From Armatimonadota bacterium (GTDB lineage: Bacteria; Sysuimicrobiota; Sysuimicrobiia; Sysuimicrobiales; Kaftiobacteriaceae): a DNA stretch of 64,000 nucleotides. How positions within the stretch are numbered: position 1 is the first letter of the stretch; the number at the start of each line of letters is the position of its first letter. The stretch covers positions 71,323 to 135,322 of the forward strand of contig JBBIUY010000004.1 in assembly GCA_037440005.1 (NCBI GenBank), given 5' to 3'. Below, piece by piece: positions 19,714-27,971 of this stretch. The notes under the pieces were generated by a model. It did not search any database. It was given only the letters and a program-made list of their open reading frames with translations, and had not been told where the DNA came from. A program made the position numbers and the translations under genes.

Positions 19714-21060
19714 ATGCCCGCCCCGCGCGAGGACGTCGTCCTGCGGGTGGACCGGCTGAGCTACGGTGGCCGGGGCGTGGCCCGCCTGGACGGCCTGGTG
19801 GTCTTCGTGGACGGCGCCGCACCGGGAGAGATGGTGCGGGCGCGGCTGCTGCGGGTCCGGCGGACGTACGCCGAGGCCGCCACGGTAGCGGTGGAGTCCC
19901 CGTCGCCGGTCCGGGTTCAGCCCCGCTGCCCCCACTTCGGGGAGTGCGGGGGGTGCCTGTGGCAGCACGTGGACTACCCGGCCCAGCTGGCGGCCAAGCA
20001 GGCCATCGTGGTGGAGAGCCTGCAGCACCTGGGCGGGCTGGTGGATCTGCCGGTGCGGCCGATCCTGCCCACCGAGCCGCCCTGGCACTACCGCAACAAG
20101 ATGGAGTTCGCCCTGGCGCCGCCGGGGCGGGTGGGACTGCACCGGCGCCAGCGGTGGGACGAGGTGGTGGACCTGGAGGTGTGCTACCTGCCCTCGCCGC
20201 GGGCCGTGGCGGTCCTGCGGGCGGTGCGGGAGTTCCTGCGGACTTGGGGAATTCCCTGCTACGACACCCGGACACACCAGGGGTTCGCCCGGCACCTGGT
20301 GGTGCGGGAAGGGCACCACACCGGCGAGATGCTGGTGGCGCTGGTGACCGCTCCCGGCGCCTTCGCCCGGGCCCGGGAGTTCATCGAGGCGGTCCGCGGC
20401 GCCGTCCCCGAGGTCACCGGGGTGGTGCGGGTTCTCAACCCCTCGCGCAGCGACGCGGTGGAGGTGGCCGGGGTGGAGGTGCTTGCCGGGCGGCCCTACA
20501 TCCACGAGCGGCTGCGCGGGCTGACGTTTCGCCTGGACGTCCAGACGTTCTTCCAGACCAACACGGCGGCCGCCGAGCGGATGCTGGACGTGGTGGGCGA
20601 GTTCGCCGCGCTGACCGGGCGGGAGCGGGTGGTGGACCTGTACTGCGGGGTGGGGACCTTCGCCCTGGCCCTGGCGGCCCGGGCGGCGGAGGTGGTGGGG
20701 GTGGAGGCGCTGCCCGCCTCCGTGGACGCGGCCCGGCAGAACGCCGTCCTCAACGGGATCGCCAACACCCGGTTCGTCTGTGCCGACGCCGCACGGGTGT
20801 CGGAGGCGCTGTCCGGAGCCGCGGCGGATGTGGTGGTCCTGGACCCGCCGCGGGCGGGGGCGGGAGCCCGGGTGATGCGGCAGATTGCCCGCCTGCGTCC
20901 GCAGCGGGTGGTGTACGTCTCCTGCAATCCGACCACCCTGGCGCCGGACCTGAAGGTGCTGGTGGCCGCCGGGTACCGGGTGAGTGCCGTGCAGCCTCTG
21001 GACCTGTTCCCCCACACCTACCACGTGGAGTGCGTCGTCCGGCTGGACCGGAGTTCCTGA
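19714..21060 (+). CDS. rlmD: 23S rRNA (uracil-C5)-methyltransferase RlmD/RumA
   Basis: TRAM domain; CPHFGECGGC Fe-S motif; FFQTN; DLYCGVG; LDPPRAG; YVSCNPTTL; DLFPHTYHVE. Confidence 0.95.
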   Translation: MPAPREDVVLRVDRLSYGGRGVARLDGLVVFVDGAAPGEMVRARLLRVRRTYAEAATVAVESPSPVRVQPRCPHFGECGGCLWQHVDYPAQLAAKQAIVVESLQHLGGLVDLPVRPILPTEPPWHYRNKMEFALAPPGRVGLHRRQRWDEVVDLEVCYLPSPRAVAVLRAVREFLRTWGIPCYDTRTHQGFARHLVVREGHHTGEMLVALVTAPGAFARAREFIEAVRGAVPEVTGVVRVLNPSRSDAVEVAGVEVLAGRPYIHERLRGLTFRLDVQTFFQTNTAAAERMLDVVGEFAALTGRERVVDLYCGVGTFALALAARAAEVVGVEALPASVDAARQNAVLNGIANTRFVCADAARVSEALSGAAADVVVLDPPRAGAGARVMRQIARLRPQRVVYVSCNPTTLAPDLKVLVAAGYRVSAVQPLDLFPHTYHVECVVRLDRSS

Positions 21061-21701
21061 TGGATCCCGGCGTACTGCGCGAGCGTGCGCGCCACCCGGC
21101 GACGCGCATGGGCCCCGGGTACCGCATCGCGGCGGGGTTCTTCCGCACCCTGCTGCGGCTGGGCTGGCATCTGCGGGTGGAGGGCCTGCACCGCCTGCCG
21201 GCGCACGGCCCGTTCCTCATCACCGCCAACCACGCCAGCGAGATCGACCCGGTAGTCCTGTCGGCGGCCATGCCCTTCCGGGTGACCTACCTGGCCGGGC
21301 GGGAGCTGGACCGCTACCCGCTGCTGTTCGCGCTCATCCGGCTGTTCAACCCCATCTTCGTGCGCCGCGGGGCTCCGGACGTGGCGGCGGTCAAAGCCTG
21401 CCTGGACCGGCTGGCCCGGGGCGAGGTGCTGGTGGTCTTTCCCGAGGGTGGGGTGGTCCAGCCGGGGATGGGATCGCTGCAGCCCGGCGCGGCGTTTCTG
21501 GCCATCCGGGCCCAGGTGCCCGTGGTGCCGGTGGGGCTGCTGGGACTGGCCCGCATGTGGCCCCTGCGGGCGCGCTTTCCCCGGCCGGCCCACGTGACCG
21601 TGCGCATCGGGGACCCGCTCCGTCCGCCCGCCGACCTCCGCCAGATCGACGACCTCACCACCTCCATCCGCCGGGCGCTGGACGCCCTGTTGGGCCGATG
21701 A
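21060..21701 (+). CDS. plsC: 1-acyl-sn-glycerol-3-phosphate acyltransferase (PlsC family)
   Basis: ATG overlaps the rlmD TGA; NHASEID (NHx4D), VFPEG, VPVVPV. Confidence 0.88.
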   Translation: MDPGVLRERARHPATRMGPGYRIAAGFFRTLLRLGWHLRVEGLHRLPAHGPFLITANHASEIDPVVLSAAMPFRVTYLAGRELDRYPLLFALIRLFNPIFVRRGAPDVAAVKACLDRLARGEVLVVFPEGGVVQPGMGSLQPGAAFLAIRAQVPVVPVGLLGLARMWPLRARFPRPAHVTVRIGDPLRPPADLRQIDDLTTSIRRALDALLGR

Positions 21702-23803
21702 TGCCCGGGGTCCGGCATCTTGTCTGCCTGGGCGCGGCGGTCGCGGCGGCCGCCTGCGCCGCCGCTCCCGCCGCGGGTGCCGCGATCCTGCCTCCGCGCC
21801 CGCTTCTGCCCGCCGTGGCGGCGCGGTCCGGCGGACGGTGCGCCGACGTCTCCGACGCCTTGAGCCAGCTGCGGTGGCAGCCCGGCCCGGCGGGGTTTCG
21901 GGCCCGCTACCTGCTGGCGCACTGCCTTCTGGCCCGGGGGGAGACGGAGGCGGCTGCAGCAGAGTTCAACGCGGTGGCGGCGGCGTACCCGCCGCTGGCC
22001 GACCACGCCCGCTGGTACGCAGCTCAGGCGGCGCTGCAGTCGGCTGACCTGTCGGGCGCGGCCGAGCGCCTGGTCTTTCTGTCAGGATCCACCCGCATCC
22101 CCCCGCTGGCCCGCCGCGCCCGCGTGGCGGCCGCCGAAGTCCTGCTCCAGCTGAACAGACCGGAAGACGCCCTGCGGGCCCTGGCCCCGGTGTCCGCCGA
22201 CGGATCCGGTCCTGCGAGCGTCCGGGTGTGGTGGTTGCGCGGGCGGGCCGCGGAGATGGCCGGCCGCCGCGCCGACGCCGTGCGGGCGTATGCCGTGGCG
22301 TGGTGGAGTGAGCCGGAGGCCACCCCCGAAGGCGACGCAGCGCGGGCCCGTCTGGAGGCGCTGGGCCTGGGAGGGGTTGCGCCTCCCGTGGAGGCCCGCC
22401 TGACCCGCGCCCGACGGCTGGTGGGGCTCGGGGAATTCGACGCCGCCCAGCGGGAATTGGTCGCAGCGCTGCACCAGGGTCTGGCAGGTCCGCAGGCCGC
22501 CGACGCGTGGTTCCAGCTGGGGCTGCTGCGCCTGCCCGGGGACGGCGCCGTCTTCGCCTTCAGCCAGGCCGCCCGTGTCGCCGATCCGGCCGCCCGGGCC
22601 CGGGCGCTGTACTGGCTGGGCCGCGCCCTGTCGGCCCGGGCCCGGAGGGAGGAGGCCCGGGCGGTGTGGATGCGCGTGGTGCGGGAGTTTGCGGGCACCG
22701 CGTGGGGGCCCCGGGCCCTGGCGTCTGTGGCATTTGCCGCCGAGGCCGCAGACGACCTCGCCCAGGCCCGGCGCTGGTGGGCGGAGCTGGTGCGACGCTA
22801 CCCGGCGTCCGCTCCTGCCGCCGACGCCCGCTGGCGGCTGGGCTGGATCGCGTTCCGGCAGGGGCGGTACCGGGAGGCCGAGCGGCTGTTCAGGGATCAC
22901 GCGGCCCATCTGGCCGGCTCCCCGCAGGCCGCCGCCGGTCTGTTCTGGGCCGGCAAGGCCCGCCGGGCCGCAGGCGGGCAGCCTCACGACCTGTGGCGCG
23001 TCGTGGCGGAGCGCTATCCGTTCACGTACTACGGGCAGCGCGCCCGGCAGATCCTAGGTCTGCCCGCGCCTCCGCCGCCGGCGGCGGGGGCGCCGGTGCA
23101 CCTTCCGGAGGACAGCCCCGCTCCCGCGTATCAGGAACTCGCCGCTTTGGGCTTTGTCGAAGACGCCCTAGAGGCGGTGCAGGCGCCGTCGGAGGGCAGG
23201 GCCGTGCCGGAGCAGGCGCGCGAGCTTGCCGCCGCGGAGTCGTGGCTGCGGTCGGTGGCCGGCGACCCATCCGGCGCCCTGGCGGCGGCCGCTTCCCTGC
23301 TGCCCGCGGCGCTGGCCGGGGACCCGGCGGTCGACCGGGACCTGTGGTCGGTGATGTATCCGCGGGCGTTCTGGGACGAGGTGCGCAGCGCCGCCCGGCG
23401 GCACCGGGTCGACCCCTACCTGGTGCTGGCGGTGATGCGGGAGGAGAGCCGGTTTGACCCCCGCGCCGTCTCTCCGGCGCGGGCGGTGGGGCTGATGCAG
23501 GTGATACCGGCCACGGCGCAGGCCACCGCCGGACGGCCGGTGGAGGTGGCCCAGCTGATGGATCCTGCGGTCAACATCGATCTGGGCGCCGCGTACCTGG
23601 CGGCCATGGTGCGGCGGTTCGGCGGCGACCTGGTGCTGGCCCTATCCGCCTACAACGCCGGCCCGGCGGCGGCCGGGCGGTGGTCCCGCATGCCCCGGTC
23701 CGACCCCGACCTGGCGGTGGAGAGTATCCCGTTTGCGGAGACGCGGGCGTACGTGCGCCGGGTGATCCAGAGCTACGGCATTTACCGGTGGCTGTACCCC
23801 TGA
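21698..23803 (+). CDS. Soluble lytic transglycosylase with TPR-like helical repeats (Slt70-like)
   Basis: Signal peptide; helical repeats; REESRF, AVGLMQV, AYNAGP, ESIPFAETRAYVRRV. Confidence 0.92.
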   Translation: MMPGVRHLVCLGAAVAAAACAAAPAAGAAILPPRPLLPAVAARSGGRCADVSDALSQLRWQPGPAGFRARYLLAHCLLARGETEAAAAEFNAVAAAYPPLADHARWYAAQAALQSADLSGAAERLVFLSGSTRIPPLARRARVAAAEVLLQLNRPEDALRALAPVSADGSGPASVRVWWLRGRAAEMAGRRADAVRAYAVAWWSEPEATPEGDAARARLEALGLGGVAPPVEARLTRARRLVGLGEFDAAQRELVAALHQGLAGPQAADAWFQLGLLRLPGDGAVFAFSQAARVADPAARARALYWLGRALSARARREEARAVWMRVVREFAGTAWGPRALASVAFAAEAADDLAQARRWWAELVRRYPASAPAADARWRLGWIAFRQGRYREAERLFRDHAAHLAGSPQAAAGLFWAGKARRAAGGQPHDLWRVVAERYPFTYYGQRARQILGLPAPPPPAAGAPVHLPEDSPAPAYQELAALGFVEDALEAVQAPSEGRAVPEQARELAAAESWLRSVAGDPSGALAAAASLLPAALAGDPAVDRDLWSVMYPRAFWDEVRSAARRHRVDPYLVLAVMREESRFDPRAVSPARAVGLMQVIPATAQATAGRPVEVAQLMDPAVNIDLGAAYLAAMVRRFGGDLVLALSAYNAGPAAAGRWSRMPRSDPDLAVESIPFAETRAYVRRVIQSYGIYRWLYP

Positions 23804-23809
23804 GGGAGG

Positions 23810-24340
23810 GTGACGACTGTGGAGTTCGCGGAGGTGGTGCGCCGGCGCGGCATGGTGCGGGCGTTCCGTCCCCAGCCGGTGGAGGAGGCGACCGTGCGGC
23901 GGCTGCTCGCGTACGCCCACCGGGCGCCCAGCGCCGGCTTCACCCAGCCGGTGGAGTTCGTGGTGGTGCGGGACCCCCAGGTCCGCCAGCGCCTGGCGGA
24001 GGCCGCCTGGCGTCAGAGCTGGGTGGGGGAGGCGCCGGTCGTCCTGGCGGTGGTCGCCGACACCCGGCGCAGCGGAACCCGGTACGGGGAGCGCGGGGTG
24101 CGGCGCTACAGCATCATCGACGCGGCGTTCGCCAGCATGCTGATCCTGCTGGGCGCGGTGGACGAAGGCCTGGGGGCGTGTTTTGTCGGCGCATTCGACG
24201 ACGACGCCGTGCGCGCCGTCCTGGGACTCCCGCCTCATGTGCTGCCGGTGGGTCTGATCCCGGTGGGATATCCGGCTGAACGTCCTCCCCGATACCGCCG
24301 GCGGCCCCTGGAATCAGTTGTGCACTTCGACCGCTGGTGA
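23810..24340 (+). CDS. Nitroreductase family protein
   Basis: RRRGMVRAF, APSAGFTQP, LGAVDEGLGACFVG, PVGYPAE. Confidence 0.9.
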   Translation: MTTVEFAEVVRRRGMVRAFRPQPVEEATVRRLLAYAHRAPSAGFTQPVEFVVVRDPQVRQRLAEAAWRQSWVGEAPVVLAVVADTRRSGTRYGERGVRRYSIIDAAFASMLILLGAVDEGLGACFVGAFDDDAVRAVLGLPPHVLPVGLIPVGYPAERPPRYRRRPLESVVHFDRW

Positions 24341-24470
24341 TCCGCTCCCGCGTCGAAGGCACGGATCCACGCCTTCTGCCTGCTTGACACCCGCCTCCAC
24401 GTGGTCGTCGAGGTCACCGACGTGCCTCTGGCGACCGTTATGCAGCGCGTCCTGCAGGCGTCCCGACTGC
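24341..24470 (+). pseudogene. Relic of an IS200/RAYT (Y1 HUH) tyrosine transposase
   Basis: Frame from 24362 reads RIHAFCLLDTRLHVVVEVTDVPLATVMQRV, resembling the RAYT core 'ihAyClmtNHhHll.....pLs.iMq'; first HUH His lost, no start, no catalytic Tyr segment. Confidence 0.6.
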
Positions 24471-24573
24471 GTCCTCGGCCTGCTGGCGTCCTCGCCAGCG
24501 CGGGCGGCCCGGGAGTACGCGGTGCTGGTGGCAGACCGCCTGGCCCGCCCGGTGGCGTCCGGCTTCGAGTGAT

Positions 24574-25494
24574 CTACCCCTCGGCGCGCACCTGGCTGCC
24601 GCCGCGTTCCTTGGCCCGGCGCAGGGCGCGCTCGGCCCGGCGCAGCAGGGTGTCCAGGGAGCGATCGGCCGGCTGGCGCGAGGCCACGCCGGCGCTGGCC
24701 CGCACCGGCACTGTCCGGTCCCCCGCCGGCAGGGGCGAGGCGGCGATGGCCGCGCAGATCCGCTCCGCCACCCGGGCGGCGTCGGCCAGGTCTGTGACCG
24801 GCAGCAGGCAGACAAACTTGTCGGCCCAGTAACGCGCCAGCAGGTCTTCCGCCCGCAGCTGCTCGCGGCAGATCTGGGCGCACCGGCTGAGGACCGCATC
24901 ACCGGCCGCCGTCCCCAGACGCTCGTTGAGCTCCCCGAACCGGTCCAGGTCCACCATGATCAGGGACAGGGGTTCCTGGTGGCGGGCGGCGCGGGCGAAG
25001 ACCGGCTCCCCCTGGTCGAAGAACGCCCGCCGGTTCAGCGCGCCGGTCAGGGGGTCGGTGGACTGGGACTGGCGCAGCTCCCGGAGCAGGCGTTCGTTTT
25101 CCTGGCGCAGGTGGCGGCGCTCCAGGGCCCGGTCCACGGTGGCCCGCAGGATCTCCACGTTGGGGAACGGCTTGAGGATGTAGTCGAAGGCGTCCCCCTC
25201 CCGCAGCGCCCGCACGGTGGTGGACAGGTCGGGGGCGCCGGTGAGGATGACCACTTCCACAAAGCGGTCGGCGGCCTTCGCCGCCCGCATCACGTCCAGC
25301 CCTCCCGCCCCCGGCATGAGCACGTCGGTGATGACCACGTCGTAGGCGGTGGTGGCCAGCCGGGCGATGGCCGCGGCCCCGTCGGCGCAGGCGTCCACGG
25401 TGTGGCCCAGAGAGGTGAAGTACCGGACCAGCAGGCTGCGCAGGCTCTCGTCGTCTTCGGCGACCAGCAGTCGCCCGGTCCGCGGGATCATCAC
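24574..25494 (-). CDS. Response-regulator (REC) + degenerate GGDEF domain protein
   Basis: REC: AEDD, VITDVLMP, YILKP; TDPLTGALNRR, MVDLDRFGELN, GDAVL; RAED I-site; A-site reads RYWADKF. Confidence 0.9.
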   Translation of the reverse strand: MMIPRTGRLLVAEDDESLRSLLVRYFTSLGHTVDACADGAAAIARLATTAYDVVITDVLMPGAGGLDVMRAAKAADRFVEVVILTGAPDLSTTVRALREGDAFDYILKPFPNVEILRATVDRALERRHLRQENERLLRELRQSQSTDPLTGALNRRAFFDQGEPVFARAARHQEPLSLIMVDLDRFGELNERLGTAAGDAVLSRCAQICREQLRAEDLLARYWADKFVCLLPVTDLADAARVAERICAAIAASPLPAGDRTVPVRASAGVASRQPADRSLDTLLRRAERALRRAKERGGSQVRAEG

Positions 25495-25560
25495 AGAGCA
25501 ATTGGCCGCCCGCCCCGGGCGGGTCCTCCGTCGCGCCCGGGCTCCTTCCGGCCTGACGGA

Positions 25561-25576
25561 GGCAAGCGGCGTGCCA
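25561..25576 (-). promoter_or_regulatory. Sigma54 (-24/-12) promoter for the REC-GGDEF gene
   Basis: Minus strand reads TGGCACG-ccgc-TTGCC, consensus TGGCACG-N4-TTGC, about 67 bp before the start codon. Confidence 0.72.
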
Positions 25577-25644
25577 GAGCCGTCTGCCCGCGTCTTTCCG
25601 GGGGAATAGACCATCCGGGGCGCTCCCGCGCCCGGGCCCGTCCC

Positions 25645-26841
25645 ATGCATGTCGAGCGCGTCGACTTCCAGCGACCCGCCTGGGAGCCGGAGGTCCTCGC
25701 CGCCATCCGCGCCCGCCTGGTGGACAGCGGCTACCAGGACCTGCTGGCCGATGTCCGGGACGCCGTCGCCCGGTTTGCCCGGGCGGGGCGCGGGCCCGCC
25801 GTCCGCAGCGAGGGGTTCACCGACGTCTTCATCCCGCCGGCCCAGCCCCGGGTGCGGGTGATCCTGGCCCTGCCCAAGCCGAACACCCTGAGGATGGTGG
25901 TGGTCGGCCGCGACCAGCGGGAAGTGCGGAAGATCGTGACGGCGACCCGGCTGCACCTGGACGGCGCCGTGGGCGAGCGGCTGCAGGAGGCGGCGGGGGA
26001 GCCCGAGACCCCCCTGGAGCGGTTCCGTCGGGAGGTCCTGACCGCCCTGCGCCTGACCCCCGACGGAGGGCCGGCCCCCCTGCCGCAGGATCCCGCGTCC
26101 GAGCAGGTGCTGGCCGCCCTGCGCCGGCAGCCGGTCTTCCGGGGCCGCCCCGCGGTGCTGGCCTCGCGGGCCCCGGCTCTGGCAGGCGAGCGGCCGGCTG
26201 AGGCGGTGCGGGAGATCCTCGAGCGGCTGGTGGCGGCGGAGGTGGTGGACCGCTGGCACGTGGTCGTCTGCCGGCAGGGAGGGCAGTGGCTGGCCGCCTC
26301 CCCCCGGGCAGAGGAGATCGCCGCCTACGCCTCGCTGGACGTGCTGTGCCCCCACTGCGGCGCCCGCGTGGGCGACGAAGAGCAGGACGCGGCCTACCTG
26401 CTGAAGGACACGGCTCTGCGTCCGCCGGATCGGCAGGCGGCTGTAAGACTGGTGGAGTCGGCCCTGCGCCGGGCCGGCGCCGACGAGGTGGCGGTCCATC
26501 CCGGCGGCGGCCCGGTAGACGGCGCGGCGTGCTTTAGCGGAACCGTGGTGCTGTTTCGGGTTCGGGAGGGCGCGCCGGGGACGGAGGACCTGGCCGGGCT
26601 GCAGGAGGCCGCCGAGCAGATCGCCCGGCGGGGATGGCCGGTGGTGCCCGTGCTGGTGTGCGACCAGCCGGCGCCTCCCGAGGTGCGCGAGGCGGGAATC
26701 GTGGTGGTGGACACCCTCAGCGGCCTGGACGGCGCCCTCGACCCCGTCGTCCACCGCGCCCGGGAACACGGGGTGGCGGCCCTGCTGTCCCCCGAGCTGC
26801 TCATCCGCATTCCGCTGGCCGACCTGCTGCCCCCGGGCTAG
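25645..26841 (+). CDS. Hypothetical protein with zinc-ribbon motif and possible restriction-endonuclease-like C-terminal domain
   Basis: GC3-rich open frame from ATG 25645; VVVCRQGG...LCPHCGARV. Confidence 0.75.
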   Translation: MHVERVDFQRPAWEPEVLAAIRARLVDSGYQDLLADVRDAVARFARAGRGPAVRSEGFTDVFIPPAQPRVRVILALPKPNTLRMVVVGRDQREVRKIVTATRLHLDGAVGERLQEAAGEPETPLERFRREVLTALRLTPDGGPAPLPQDPASEQVLAALRRQPVFRGRPAVLASRAPALAGERPAEAVREILERLVAAEVVDRWHVVVCRQGGQWLAASPRAEEIAAYASLDVLCPHCGARVGDEEQDAAYLLKDTALRPPDRQAAVRLVESALRRAGADEVAVHPGGGPVDGAACFSGTVVLFRVREGAPGTEDLAGLQEAAEQIARRGWPVVPVLVCDQPAPPEVREAGIVVVDTLSGLDGALDPVVHRAREHGVAALLSPELLIRIPLADLLPPG

Positions 26842-26928
26842 GGTACATCCCGTCCGGGCCCGGAGCGCAGGAATCGGGGACGGCCAGGTCGTAGCACTCA
26901 CCCGCGTCCCGTCCACAGGAGGTGAGCG

Positions 26929-27912
26929 GTGACCCGTCCCCGCGTCTACGTGACCCGTCGCATTCCGGAGGCCGCCCTGGACCTGCTGCGCGCCGTCGCC
27001 GATGTCGCCGTCTGGGACAGCGAAGACCAGCCGGTCCCCCGAGACGTGCTGCTGCGGGAAGTGGCCCAGGCCGACGGGCTGCTGAGCCTGCTGACCGACC
27101 GCATCGACGCCGAGGTCATGGACGCCGCCCCCCGGCTGCGGGTGGTGGCCAACTTCGCGGTGGGGTACGACAACATCGACGTGCCGGCGGCCACCCGCCG
27201 GAAGATCGTGGTCACCAACACCCCCGAGGTCCTGACCGAGACGGTGGCCGACTTCGCCTTCTGCCTGATCCTGGCCGCCGCCCGGCGGCTGGTGGAGGCG
27301 GACCGGTACACCCGGGCGGGGCGGTGGAAGACCTGGGAGCCGATGCTGCTGGCCGGGCAGGACGTGCATCACGCCACCCTGGGCCTGATCGGCCTGGGAC
27401 GCATCGGGTCGGCGGTGGCCCGCCGGGCCCAGGGGTTTGCCATGCGGGTGCTGTACTACGATGTGGTCCGCCGGCCGGACCTGGAGGAGGACCTGCGCAT
27501 CACCTACCGCTCCCTGGACGAGGTGCTGCGGGAGGCGGACATCATCAGCGTCCACGTGCCGCTGACCCCGCAGACCCGGCACCTGATCGGCCGGGAGCAG
27601 TTCGCCCTGATGAAGCCCACGGCGGTCTTCGTAAACACCAGCCGGGGGCCGGTGGTGGACCAGCGGGCGCTGACCGAGGCCCTGGCCAGCGGGCGCCTCT
27701 TCGCCGCCGGCATCGACGTCTTTGAGACGGAACCGGTGCCCGCCGACGACCCCCTGCTGCGCCTGGACAACGTGGTGGTGGCGCCCCACATCGCCAGCGC
27801 CAGCGTCCCCACCCGCACCCGCATGGCTACCCTGGCTGCGGAGAACCTGGTGGCGGTCCTGCAGGGCCGGCGTCCGCCCACCCCCGTCAACCCCGAGGTG
27901 CTGGAGGCCTGA
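26929..27912 (+). CDS. D-2-hydroxyacid dehydrogenase (glyoxylate reductase / D-glycerate dehydrogenase family)
   Basis: AVGYDNID, TNTPEVL, GLGRIG, VNTSRGPVVD, DVFETEP, PHIASA; AGGAGGTG SD. Confidence 0.93.
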   Translation: MTRPRVYVTRRIPEAALDLLRAVADVAVWDSEDQPVPRDVLLREVAQADGLLSLLTDRIDAEVMDAAPRLRVVANFAVGYDNIDVPAATRRKIVVTNTPEVLTETVADFAFCLILAAARRLVEADRYTRAGRWKTWEPMLLAGQDVHHATLGLIGLGRIGSAVARRAQGFAMRVLYYDVVRRPDLEEDLRITYRSLDEVLREADIISVHVPLTPQTRHLIGREQFALMKPTAVFVNTSRGPVVDQRALTEALASGRLFAAGIDVFETEPVPADDPLLRLDNVVVAPHIASASVPTRTRMATLAAENLVAVLQGRRPPTPVNPEVLEA

Positions 27913-27917
27913 TATGC

Positions 27918-27950
27918 CGGGGGCCGGGCGCGGCGTGCGCCCGGCCCCCG
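27918..27950. terminator. Hairpin between convergent genes
   Basis: 14-bp stem CGGGGGCCGGGCGC-ggcgt-GCGCCCGGCCCCCG. Confidence 0.6.
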
Positions 27951-27971
27951 CGGGCTATTTTCCCCGGCCGG

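Noticed and set aside
24574..27789. 1071-aa ORF as a single large signalling protein
   Set aside because: Only the last ~306 codons (from 25494) are REC-GGDEF; the rest is antisense to two plus-strand genes.
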